From Lama glama (lineage: Eukaryota): a stretch of 64,000 nucleotides of DNA. The stretch is from positions 13,828,001 to 13,892,000 of the forward strand of contig CM052817.1 of the NCBI GenBank assembly GCA_028534125.1, in the 5' to 3' direction. Below are positions 1-11,589 of this stretch, piece after piece. The notes below the pieces were generated by a model, which ran no database searches, was not told the DNA's origin, and saw only the letters and a list, made by a program, of their open reading frames with translations. Both the position numbers and the translations under genes were made by a program. The stretch's first letter is position 1; each line of letters starts with the position of its first letter.

Positions 1-149
1 AGAATAAATAGATAGAAGAGTGAATAAGTAAGAAATGAGCATATATTTTAAGTCAGCCACAAGTGATAATCAACCTCAGATGCTAATGGTCTCAGTTATA
101 ACCTATAAAAAGTTTCTGGAGTTTGAATTATTTTCTTAAAATTACAGTT

Positions 150-490
150 CCTTCATAGGTTTGACTGTCTCTGTGGCCACATTGCTGAGACAGGATGATT
201 AGAATACGAGTGGAAGGGTTATATTCCGTTTCCAGACTTGGCACCCAAGAACTCCCCACACTATCCCCCATGCTCCCTCCCTTGCCTTCTGCAAATGGAC
301 TGTCAAAGCATGAATGGACGTTGACAGTCAAGCATTGAAGATGGTGGAACCTGTCAGCCAGGATTCCTGAATGTGTGATGCAGTGCTCCCTGCTGCAATT
401 TTGGACTATGAAAATGAAAAATAAACAGCTATTATGTTAAGACACAGATATTTCAGGAGCGTTTGTTTTGTTGTTGTCATAGCAGCCATT
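150..490 (+). mobile_element. MaLR LTR remnant (MLT1J-like)
   Basis: aagatggtggaacctgtcagccaggattcctgaat...aaataaac...ttatgttaagacacagatatttcagga...tttgtt resembles an MLT1 3' half; the 5' boundary is uncertain. Confidence 0.5.
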
Positions 491-741
491 TTTCTCTAAC
501 ACATTCCGCCCTGTCCACACCAAGCTCCCTCCCACCAAAGGGTTTTGTCCCTCCTGTAGTGAGGATGCCCTGAAATTCCCACATATCCCACCTATCAGTA
601 CAAGTGTCACGTCTTAAGGGGAAACTTTTCTTCCTCCCTGTCTAGGTCACGTCTCTTCTATATTCTCCTCAGTGTCACATGCCTCTTCCTTTGAGCACTC
701 ATCCAGGGACTCTTCAGTGCCACAGTGTCTCCCTCCCCAAG

Positions 742-816
742 GTCGTCAGTGAGGCAGACTTCAAAGTGGCTTCAGGAGCTGTGGGCATCCACCAGGAAGC
801 CAGGGCAGAAGTGCAG
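742..816 (+). other. Putative 75-nt exon within degraded L2-like sequence
   Basis: ctccctccccaag| acceptor and consensus CAG|gtgagt donor; open reading frame VVSEADFKVASGAVGIHQEARAEVQ, with no recognised homology. Confidence 0.2.
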
Positions 817-1234
817 GTGAGTGCATATAAAATACGCCTTAGGACACCCAGAGATAACTGAGGGAGGTGACTGCCAGTGCAATGCAGGTGGGGAGAAATT
901 CAAACGTTAATACAAACAAAGCTTCATTGAGTTGGTGGCTTTCTGATGGTTTGGAAAGTTCATGCTACGAATGTTTGCTGAATAAAAGACTTAATGTCAG
1001 TAGAGCCGTCCTCTAAGAAATGGTGAAAAGTTTTACAAAAAGTCTTAAGGTCCACATTCACTTGTGAATCCAAGCAGCTCAGAGTCACCACACTTTAATT
1101 TTAATAGTGTTTTGCTTTATGCTACTGGATCTTCAAGAGGTTCTCACTGATCAGCAGTGCAGGAAACAGAGGCATTGATATAAATGGGGACATTAGCTGC
1201 CATTCAAGAATCCAAAGGAAGAAACTAACAAGAG

Positions 1235-1280
1235 TTATTTTAGTTTAGTTTAGATTAGTTTAGTTTAGCTTTGTTTTGTT
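1235..1280. repeat. (TTTAG)n microsatellite
   Basis: tttagtttagtttagattagtttagtttag. Confidence 0.85.
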
Positions 1281-1381
1281 ATGCTTTACTTCTCAAGATT
1301 AATAGTTATTCGCCATCTACAAGACAAATTTCTTCACCTGGATTTCAACTGAGAACAGCCAGGTTGCAATGTCTCATTAAG

Positions 1382-1632
1382 GGAGGAAAGGGGGTGGGGA
1401 GGGATAAATTGGGAGCTTGAGATTCATAGATACTAACTACTATATACAAAATAGATAAACAGGGTCCTACTGTATAGCACAGGGAACTATATTCAATACC
1501 TTTTAATGGCCTATAATGAAAAAGAATATGAAAAGGAGTATTTATACATATGTATAAATGAACCACTATGCTATATACCAGAAATTAACACAACATTGAA
1601 AATTGATTATACTTCAATTTATTAAAAAAAAA
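1382..1632 (+). mobile_element. 5'-truncated young L1 3' UTR (cetartiodactyl type)
   Basis: G-rich tract gggtggggagggataaattgggag, gtcctactgtatagcacagggaactatattcaata, tatacttcaat and a poly(A) tail. Confidence 0.92.
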
Positions 1633-2412
1633 AAGAATGATGTGACTTTTTCTGCTCAGGTAGATGCTCATTATCCAGTGTGCTCAATCTTTCATATTTC
1701 TGGGAACCCTATCTCTAAAGGGCAAGGAACTGTCTCATTACCCTCCATCCAAACCCAGCACTGCTGGTTGGCTCTCACTTAGTAAGGAGTAAGCATCACT
1801 TCTGTAAGGAAACAAAGTCAGCGACTGGCTATCTGGTCATCCCCAGGCCTCCCAGCTTCCATAAATATTCCTTATATTTTGTTTTCATGACCTCTTAATC
1901 TGACTCTCTTATGTCAAATACTTTGACTTGGAGGCATGGCTTTCCCAAAGAATTTCAGTATATTTAATGACTGAAGTAATATAAATACAGTATTCAAAAT
2001 TCTCAATCAAGGAAACAATAGTTATCACTAGTACACATGCTATTCTAGCTTATTATCACTGTACCATGTCACTGTTTCTTCCTTGGCCTGGAGAGCACTG
2101 CATGTTTCATTTCAATAGAACAAATGTTTTCTATTCAGAACCCTCATGTAAAATTTCCCCTCTTAATTAAGGCATTCTATGTAATCTCAGTTTTAGTGTA
2201 TTTTCCTATAATAAGTATTTATCCTGTTGCCTTTTCAATAGAGTAGAACCATGCCTTAGTCATCCAGCCCAATAGAACATAACGCTTTTAATTTAAAACT
2301 GTGCTTTCCTGGAGAAAAACAGGAATTTCCAATATTCATTGTACACCATGCAGATGCCCAATATTTGCAGGTCTTTCTCGCTTTTGAGGATATTTTTGGA
2401 GTTACTGCTGTG

Positions 2413-2552
2413 CAGGACTGGCCTCATGGGCGTGCATAAGGGATCGGGCTTAGAAGATTCCTACACTTGGTTTAATGTTCTGCTCTTGTCATCATGAAAT
2501 TCTTAATACTATTTGAACAGGGGGATTGTATTTTCATTTTACACCCAGCCCT
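2413..2552. mobile_element. MER91-like DNA transposon
   Basis: caggactggcctcatgggcgtgc...acttggtttaatgttctgct...catgaaattcttaata...ttttcattttacacccagccc. Confidence 0.6.
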
Positions 2553-2614
2553 ATCTCTATGCAAATACTTCACGCAAAGCAAAGATACAGAAAATAGGTA
2601 TAGTCTTGCCTCTA

Positions 2615-3200
2615 TTCATTTTAATACTGAGGTGGAAATTTTGTAAAGAACACAGATCTTGAGTATATTACCTTGATGAATTTTTATATGCACATAAACA
2701 CACACACTTGTAACTACCACCCATTGCAAGATAGCAAACATTTTCAACCCATCATATGACTGCTGTTCACTCCTTCCTAGTTAATATCTGCACATATCAA
2801 GGGTAACCAGTTTTGTGACATATCACCAAAGATTAGTTTTGCTTGTTTTTGAACTTCATGTTAATGGAATCATACACAATGTAGTTTATTGTGCTTGTCT
2901 TTTTGTTTGTTTTTGTTTGTCTTTCATCATTATATATATGCAATCTATTCATGGTCTAACAGTAGTGTGTTATTTTTTATTGCTGTAGAGTGTTCCATTT
3001 TCTGAATACCTCACAATTTATCCATTCTATTGCTGTATCTGGGTTATTTCTAATACTTCTTTATTATGAATAAAGCTGTTATGAACATCCTTTCAGATGT
3101 CTTTTAGTGGATATATGCACTCTTCTTCTGGGTATATACTGAAGCAGAATTGCTGCTTCTTAGTGTTTACTTATGTTTCACATTAGTGAATATCAGTATT
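2615..3200 (-). mobile_element. Old L1M (L1MC/ME-like) fragment
   Basis: tgtaactaccacc, tttgaacttcatgttaatggaatcatac, tttatccattct, attatgaataaagctgttatgaacat are antisense L1 3' motifs. Confidence 0.8.
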
Positions 3201-3875
3201 GGCTCTGAATGCCTATGGTGATAAATTTTTGTAGTGCTAAAGCCAAACCTTCATCATTTAAAATTTATTTTGTTTCTAACACAACATGTTGAATTCCTTC
3301 ATATATTTTAGATCTTTTAAACCTCACAACCATTTGAGATAGAAAAACCTCTCAATTTTTACAGCTATTTTTCCATATTGCAATTTAGAGAATTTACAAT
3401 GAAACCAAGATCTCAGAGTTAATACACGGCATCGAATATAGTTCTGATACTAGTTTAGTTTCTATTGTTATGCAACCTATCTGAATTTATTAAATTTATG
3501 TATTAAACAGGAGTCATAGAATGGAATTCATAGGCAGGCACAGCAGAGCACCAATCCAAATGCCTGGTGCATATTAAATGCTTAATAAATATTCCATAAA
3601 TATATATGGAACTGTGAGTATCCTACCAGTTAGAAACAAAAACCTATATAAGTAATCTGTAGTTTTCTGAACATTTTTCTTGAAGTTACTTATTATTTGT
3701 AGTTCTAAGAACAGTTTTGGATTCAATTAGAACCATCATCCCAGGAGCACAAATATGCCTGAGTCTCACTCACAAGTGAAGAAAACCTAACTATTAACAT
3801 ATTGCTTCAAATCTTAAGAGCAAGGAATTGCAACTGTAGTAACTTCATTTAGAGTCAAGATATTCTTTCAAGACA

Positions 3876-4118
3876 TTTTTTAAAATTGAAGTACAGTCAG
3901 TTACAATGTGTCAGTTTCTGGTGTACAGTATAATGTCCCAGTCATGCATATACATACATACATTCATTTTCATATTCTGTTTTATTAAAGGTTATTACAA
4001 GATATTAAATATGTTCCCTGTGCTATACAGAAGAAATTTGTTTTTACCTATTTTTATATATAGTGGCTAACATTTGCAAATCTCAAACTCCCAAATTTAT
4101 CCATCCCCACCCCCTTTT
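3876..4118 (-). mobile_element. 5'-truncated young L1 3' UTR (camelid type)
   Basis: T-tract, attgaagtacagtcagttacaatgtgtcagtttctggtgtacag...gttccctgtgctatacag...ctcccaaatttatcc. Confidence 0.9.
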
Positions 4119-4330
4119 TTAAAAGAAGTATTAAGAGAAGTATTAAAAAATTCTATGGAGACCTCTATATCCTACATGTATACTATCATAAATATATATA
4201 TAATATTTCAAATATATATATATATCTATACATTTCAGAAAATCCAGGTAAGGATATTAAGCCCAAATTACTGCATAAAGCAGACATTTGGCATTCCAAG
4301 AATAAAACTTTCCAGTCAGATTATTCTTAC

Positions 4331-4473
4331 TTCTCAAAATAACTCCAGGTTGGTATGTTTCCTTAACTACCCCCGGAGTCCTCCTGCAAGTGGTCAACAC
4401 TGTCAGAAGGAATTCACTCCTGAGGGTTGTAATCTGAAGAGCCACTACCATCAACGCTCCCTTCTGTCCACAA
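4331..4473 (-). other. Putative internal exon E (143 nt)
   Basis: Minus strand: branch-like ttctgac ~30 nt upstream, tctccgtgttctcatcatcag| acceptor, GAA|gtaaga donor; non-repetitive sequence with one fully open frame. Confidence 0.4.
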
Positions 4474-4589
4474 CTGATGATGAGAACACGGAGACACAGC
4501 TTCGTCAGAAGGATACAGGCAAGCGGAAGTGAAGAGTAATATCCAGGGACATATGAAGGTTTGTTTATTTAGGGTGACCATACTGAGGA

Positions 4590-4780
4590 CTTTTTCCCAG
4601 TGCCAGACACAATGTTTAGTACTTGACCAACATTTAAAAAATTAATCTTCACATCTATGAGATAGGTGGTATAACGTGTCCACTTCACAAGAGAGGAAGT
4701 GGAGTCAAAGAGTGGTTAAGTAACTTGTCCAAGGTCGCCCAGAGAGAGAGGGACTGAGATGCAATGGGTCAGATCGTTCT
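4590..4780 (-). mobile_element. MIR SINE
   Basis: gtgccagacac...gagaggaagtggagtcaaagagtggttaagtaacttgtccaaggtc. Confidence 0.75.
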
Positions 4781-5449
4781 CATTCCAAATAAACTTTTAT
4801 TATGTAACGTCTCCCTATAAACTTTTATTATGTAATGTCATTTTACTAGAGGATGTGTTTTGAGGATTTACTTGAGACTGCAGATGTCTATGTAATAGTC
4901 TCCAGTGTAAGCTTCGTCAGCCCTCTGTTCAAGCAATATCACAATACGCTTTTAAACTGAGGCACTAATGAAGTGTAAAGTGAAATCAAATCTCTTAATT
5001 ACTGCAGTACAGAGGTTGACATGCTTTGAAAACATTCAAGTTAAAAGGACAGTAAGTGAAGGATAGTAAAAGAGGAAGATAACAAAGAAGGAACTGAAAA
5101 CTTGATTAAATGTCAGAGAAGAATTTAGAAATGGTACCTACAGGACTCCTAAGTGCTCACAAATTTTATTAATGATACAGTTGCCCAGTACTATGAACTG
5201 TGAGCAGCTGCTGCCTACTTATTACACTCTTTTTAAAAAGAGCAAAATGCTTTTTAATTGCATTAAGAAATTAGGCAAATTAATTTTCTCAAATCAGAAA
5301 TATCTACTCTGTTTGCCATTCAGTTGATGTCACCTTCCCACTAGTCTTGCCTCTTCTGAGGTCAGTAGTCCCCGCTTCATCCTAGGCCTTTCCTGTGTTG
5401 TTAAGATCTGCTTCCTCATTACCCTTCACACCTATAAAATAACGACCTT

Positions 5450-5660
5450 TATAAAATGCTTACTGTGTGGGTGAAGTATCTTGTGCATGCTCCTTGCATC
5501 TATACCCTCCACTATAATTCTGTAAGGTAGGTAAAAATTTAAGCCTCATTTCAGAGACATGATTTAGAGAGGTTCAATTTGCATGAGTTCCAAGATCTAA
5601 GAAGTGCCAGGTCAGGGCCTGCTGCTCAAATCTGTCTCATTCGAACCCCGCTCTTCCCAC
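5450..5660 (-). mobile_element. MIR SINE
   Basis: tgcttactgtgtg...tgtaaggtaggt...ctcatttcagagac...agagaggttcaatttgc. Confidence 0.6.
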
Positions 5661-6289
5661 TTGTTTATATAGATTCTTCCATCATATTTGTTCATGCTCC
5701 TAGGACTTTAATCGATTCCTATGCATTTACTCATAAATCCTGTAATGGGCTAGGGAGGAGCCCTGCTTGCTACTTCACTAAACAGAAAACAAAGGGGTAG
5801 AATCTAAAAAAGCCTCTGGGCCCACTCCTCACATTCGTGGACCATGACAAGAATGTCCATGGAAGCTCTTGGCAGGTGGCCTGTTCGCTCTTCTCATTCC
5901 TAGCTCAGTTCTGCACAGTATGCAGCCTTGACTGCATCTGTATAGACCCTCAGGGCTGTAGGTCCAAGCTCACTCCATACCCTCCACAAATAGCACTTGG
6001 CTGTTCCTCCAGGCTAGAATTACACATACTTTTGTGCAGTCCACCATTCAGAAGATGGACTCAGGAAAGTGGCTCATGTAGGCCCTGAAAACTGAATTAG
6101 GCCACTTGGATAAGAGATTCTGAGACCCTGGGAGCTCAGAATGTGGACCAGAAGGCAGAGTGTGGGCTCCAGGTGATTAGGTCTCCTTAGCCCTGTGTGA
6201 AGGGGCATGACTGAAAGAGATTCAAAAAAACCCCTTGAAATCACTGTACCACGCATCTCCAGAAGGTGTTTATTGACTGGATGATTGGC

Positions 6290-6760
6290 AGGAATGAGGA
6301 GCATTGCCATAAATGGGATTATTCCAGGAATCAAAGAAAAGAGCCATAATCATCACTTTTATTTTTCTCCTTAGAGTTGCTAATTATTCACCACCTATAA
6401 GACAACTTCAGCTTACTCTACTTGGATTCCAGCTGAGAACAGCCAAGTTGCAATGCCTCATTAAGAATGTTGTGATTCCCTTCTGCCTGTGTAGACATAC
6501 TTCTCCAGCTTGTGAGCCTGCGTGCTAGCCCTAGAGTTCCTGCCTCTGAGAGGCAGATTCTGCCCTGTTCACACCCCTGCTGGCTCTCACTCTGTGGGGA
6601 GCACACACTATTTCTGCAGGGAAGCACGGTAAGTAATCATGCATCCTTCCAAGAACCTTATGTCGGATATTATATCCCACGAGTCAACCTCAAATATATT
6701 TCTTCTGAATTTCTTAAAGAATTTTTGTGTATTTCAATAACACAAGTGAGATGAAAATAA
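6290..6760 (+). repeat. Ancient local duplication, copy 2 (uninterrupted; possible promoter or first exon ending at 6628)
   Basis: Paralog of 1160-1990; GTTGCAAT and AGAACA motifs in the core; ACG|gtaagt donor at 6628/6629. Confidence 0.8.
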
Positions 6761-8354
6761 TAGGAGATGAGGGATGGTGTACTGATTTAAGTGTTATAAT
6801 TAGATCTCAGCTTTCTCTTTTTGGTGAGAAAAATTATCCAAAATAATTTTTGCAAGGGCAGGCTCTCCTTTTCCTGGTTTTCACCCCAAATGCCCCCTAG
6901 GTAGAGGGAAATATTTTTGTCATGAATTAAGTGAGGGGGAAACTTGCTTTGTGCTCATCTTTGGGTTGGCTTCGTTTGCAGCACTCAGTTGTTCTAATTC
7001 TCAGAATTGTCCAGGTGGTATCGGTTGAGGGAAGTCAGTAGGAAATCTTGTTGACTTTGACCGTCACCACCCACCTGAGATACATGTTTACTTTACATTC
7101 TTCCACTTTTTCCATTTTTTAAAGATATCTCCATTTTTATGTACATTTTCTTAGTTTGGTCAATTGGAAGGAAAAAAGAACTGTATTGAATCTGAAGATC
7201 TGAAGTCTCTCTCATCTTTACTATTCCCCGATGTAGGATTCCTTGGACCTCTTCATACTTTGTTTTTCTCTCTGAAACATGACAATATTATTTATTCTTC
7301 TTAAAACATAGATTTAAGGATCAACAAGTTATATCTTTCTGTAGGTTAAAAGAGCTTTGTAAATTGTAAAGTGCTTGCAGAATGGGGCTGTGGAAGCAAC
7401 ATGGGATTAAGAGTCAGGAGACCCACCCTTAAGCCCAGGCTCTGCTAATGGCTGGTTTTGGATTCCCCATACATAAAATAACTAGGCAATCTTAACTTTC
7501 CTTAGAGGCCTAATAATCCATTATGTGAAAATGTCAAGTATTAAAAAACAATCTAAATTCAACCCTGAGTCAGGAAATGAAAACTGATCTTTTTAGATTT
7601 CAAGATTTTAAATATAATAATATATGCAAACAGAAGAAGAGATTGAAGACAGGAGATGCTTTACTTAAAATAAGCCACATTCTTAGAAAGGGGAACCTCA
7701 TATGGGATCCCTAATCATTTAATTCATTTGTTCAATAAATATTTACTGGTCATCTACTAGGGACATAGGACTATTTCACATGAAATTGGGAGACGCAAAG
7801 GTAGGTAAGTCAGTGATCCTTTATCCTTCATCTCAAAGGATTTAACATTCAGTCATGGAGACAGGCTCAAGAATGACTAAAATAAGTCAGACTTTTTCAC
7901 TGTTACCAAAGAGATCTAGTCTTAAAAATCTCACTGGAATGTAAGAGCAAAAGGAATATATTTACTCCAAGAAAGACTTAATTGTGGGTTGTTGGAAGTT
8001 TCAGTGAGAAGCTGGTGACCATCTACCAAGGATGCAAGAGGGAACACTACTGTTTTGGGTGACTACTATATTGAACTATGTTGCACAATTTTCTGAGTCT
8101 AATTCCATGTGTATCATGTATGTTTCAGTGGGTGTCCATGTGACTCTTTTCTGAGGGCACATTCTAAGTTTGGGCATGAATGGTCTGTGTTGCATATATG
8201 CAGAGCATTTTATCAGTGTCTTTATATCTTTTTGTTCTTTCTAAAAACATTAATACAGAAAGTCCTGAGGTGGACCCGAAGAACATGACAGAAGCTCCAG
8301 GGAGCTTCTGGTCTAGTTGGTGAAGTAAAAACGAGGTAATAGTCCTTTGGCGTC

Positions 8355-8725
8355 TGCCGAGTGCTGTACATGCATAGCCCATTTACTTCTCACAACAGTG
8401 TAAGGCAGGCCTGCGATTAGATCCACTTCCCAGATGAGGAGCCTTAGGCTGAAAAGGCTAAGCAACATCTATTAGGAATGTAGTAAGTCAGTGGTATGAC
8501 TAGGACTCAAAACTACATTTGACAAATACTCATGTATCACTGACCATGTGTTTCCCAAACAGTAACGCCTTTGTTTAACCTTCCTAACTACTGTGTGAGT
8601 CAACACCAGTATCATCCCCACTTTAGAGAAAAGGAAAGTAAGGGACAGAGACTCAATGACTTGCCTGAGGTCACATGGTTAGTAAATGGTGCACAGCTGG
8701 TGTTTGAAGCCAGGGGGTTTTGTTC
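8355..8725 (-). mobile_element. Two adjacent MIR SINEs
   Basis: ccacttcccagatgaggagccttaggct and atccccactttagagaaaaggaaagt...tgacttgcctgaggtcacatggttagtaaatgg. Confidence 0.75.
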
Positions 8726-9679
8726 CCCGCCCTTGCTGGTGAAGAGTCCATGCCCTGCTTCTCAAATCCAGCCGGATCTAATCTCAGAGCCCTGATAGTT
8801 ACCGGTGCACTGAATGGCCTCTTCCTCTGTACGCTGTCTTCTGAAGACACCCAACTACAACACAACTTCCGGGACACCGAGAGAGCTGCGAATTCAAATG
8901 CCTGCGTACAGGTTTTGCCTTGTGCTCAGCCAGCCTGCCTCCTTACAGCACAGACACACCATTCTTTCCACCACTAGCCTGCACTTTGCCATTCTTTTCC
9001 TGTGTCTTTAATTAAATGTTAACATTCATTTGCCCTTTTCCATCGTGTTGAAGATAACCTTTGCTTCCTGTCGCATCCAGATAAGCTTCTCTCAGTGACA
9101 GGTACCGCACAAGTTTATCATGATATAAAGTAAAGAATGGGGACTCTGATCCACTCCCCTAACGTATTTTAAAATGGTAGTTTGAATATTTATTTCGTAC
9201 TTACTTCTTTTATGTAATGTCAGGATAATAAATTATTTCTGAATACTGCAGTAGTGAAAAGGTTCTGGTCCAAATTAATCATACTAAGTGGCTGTGACCC
9301 TTCTTCAGAGTCAAGCAAGCTCTGTTGAGAGGTGTTGTTTGTTTGTTTGTTTGTTTCTGCTTTAAATGGACGTGAGAACATTATGCAGAGGGGTCTTGGT
9401 TGGCCATCAGAGGTGCACAGTTCATTGATTTGGGGGAATGGTATAAGGAGGTTTTCTGAATGTTTACTTGAACACTCCATTTATTGGGAATGGAATAGCT
9501 TCTTGCTAAAGCAAGAGGACTACTGGGCTGAGAATCAGGCCTCGATTCAAGTCTCATTTTTGCCACTGACGTATTAGGCGACCTTGAGCAAGTCTCTTCA
9601 TAGAAGCTTAGCTGCTGTATGGCTTTAGTGGTGGCAGTGCATCAGCATTGCCGCATTATTCTGACATAACTGAAGGATG

Positions 9680-9895
9680 ATGTTGTGCAAGCATTTAACA
9701 TATATTATCTGATTTATTCCTCAGACAAACCTATCAAGTGTATGTTTTTATTCACACTTTACAGAAGAGAAACCTGATCCTCAGAGAGCTAAGGAATATG
9801 CTCGAGCTCACAACACGGCTAGTAAGCAACGTGGAGCCAGGACTCACATTCATGGCTGTCCAGCTGGGAAAGCTGTGCTCTTAACATCACAACAC
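9680..9895 (-). mobile_element. MIR SINE
   Basis: cacactttacagaagagaaacctgatcctcagagagctaagg...ggagccaggactcac...tgtgctcttaac. Confidence 0.75.
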
Positions 9896-11444
9896 CCCGT
9901 CCAGTGCCGTTCAGCTCTGCATTTTAGTAACTGTACTCATTGTCCCTTTTGACCTAGTGCATTTTGTTGTTGCCTCTTCTTCCCATTTATCTCCTAAAAA
10001 TGTCAAATGTTCACAGTTTTTGGCAGCCCACTGCAACCTGAGTGACCGTTTCTCTGACAACACTTGCTTTCTCAGGCTCTGGAAATTAGACATATTCCTG
10101 GTTAGCCAGATTGTCTAGCTGTGTCCTTAAAGGTCTCTTGAATTTAGAGAAAGTAGGGAATTCTCTGTGTTTCCAAACAGAGGGACTAAAAGAAATGTCA
10201 TGATGCTATTTTTGTGTGTTACAATGTGTTAGAATAGATGTATTTAAAAATAAAAGAGATAAAAAGAAAAAACAAGAGGTAAAGATAAGCCAGGGGAAAG
10301 AGATATGGCAGAAAGAAGATTACTCTTACAAATGCTTCTTACAAGTAATTACATACCTAGGGGAGCTACAAGAACAAAATATTCCAAAATGTTAACAATA
10401 TTTATTCTTGAATGGTGGGAATGCAGAATTTCTCACTCTTTTTCTCTTTTTAAACTTCATTGGCTTTTTAAAAATAAATATGCATTATTTGTGTACTAAA
10501 AATTAATACATAAACGTATACACACCTGTAGCAGGCAAATCACAAATCATCAAGCAATCTTGGGCTAGCTAACATCTCAGACAGTAATTTACTTTGTGGC
10601 AAATTTCTAGACTAGACTAACTTCCTAGGCAATGGTGGCATCAAAAAATATATGTCCCTTTGTTAGTATCTCTGATGTCATGCATTATTTTTAGCCTCAT
10701 TCCATATTAAACCATCAGAGTGATTTTCTACTAAAGTAATGTAACTCATTTCTAAATAACTGTATGACAGCAAGTCTTTGGGGAAGAGCCTATTTCAATC
10801 AGTTAATTATCCCATTTGAAAAACTGTATTTACTTTCTATCAATTGAAATGGATCAATTGAAAAGCATGCAGTTTCTGAAATGCATCCTCCTTTATTTAT
10901 TCTTACTTTGTCCTCTGTTCAGGATGCCTAGACCTCTTCTCCAAATTCCTGGTCTATTGCACAGTATCTCAACTGCCCTTCCTTCTTCTCACGATTATTA
11001 ACCACAGATGCAATGCCACCAGACTACTCTGTCTAAGAGTAACTCAGTGCAGTTTTGAGTACATACAGTAATTTCCCCATAACTTATATGGCTTTTCCAA
11101 GGTGGTACAAAATAATCTCTTCATAATCTGATTCTCTTATTTTCACATCAAACCACATTTCCCTGGACTCTTACCTTCCCAGCCTTTCTGCCCCATGTTC
11201 ATGCTTTGTTCAGTTTCTGCTCTTGTACTTTGATCCATATTTTTTTCTCTTCTGGTCTATGACAATCTTTTTCTTCTCTTCTGCTTATCTTCTTTCTAGT
11301 GGGATCTCTTCCCAAAGACTTCTCCAATTACCATGCTCATTAAACTCACTCTTTTAAATTATCCTTTAGTAATGCAAATCCTCAACACCTATTTTGCATT
11401 TAATAAGACTTTAAAATTGTTCTCTAGGAGATATCTATATCTAC

Positions 11445-11542
11445 TTCTCTCTCTCTCTTTCTATATATATATATACACACACACACACACATTATATATT
11501 ACATCTCTCTATATATTGCTATATATATTGTGTGTGTGTGTA

Positions 11543-11588
<46 letters not shown>
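11445..11588. repeat. Compound microsatellite (CT)(TA)(CA)...(TG)(TA) in inverted arrangement
   Basis: Directly visible dinucleotide runs. Confidence 0.95.

Positions 11589-11589
<1 letters not shown>

Larger units (their letters stand above)
1160..1990 (+). repeat. Ancient local duplication, copy 1 (interrupted by L1)
   Basis: Collinear similarity with 6290-6760; core 1339-1381 matches 6423-6465 at 39/43 nt. Confidence 0.85.

Noticed and set aside
4074..4532. 152-aa plus-strand ORF
   Set aside because: Starts in antisense L1 at a non-ATG codon and crosses a (TA)n tract; no homology recognised
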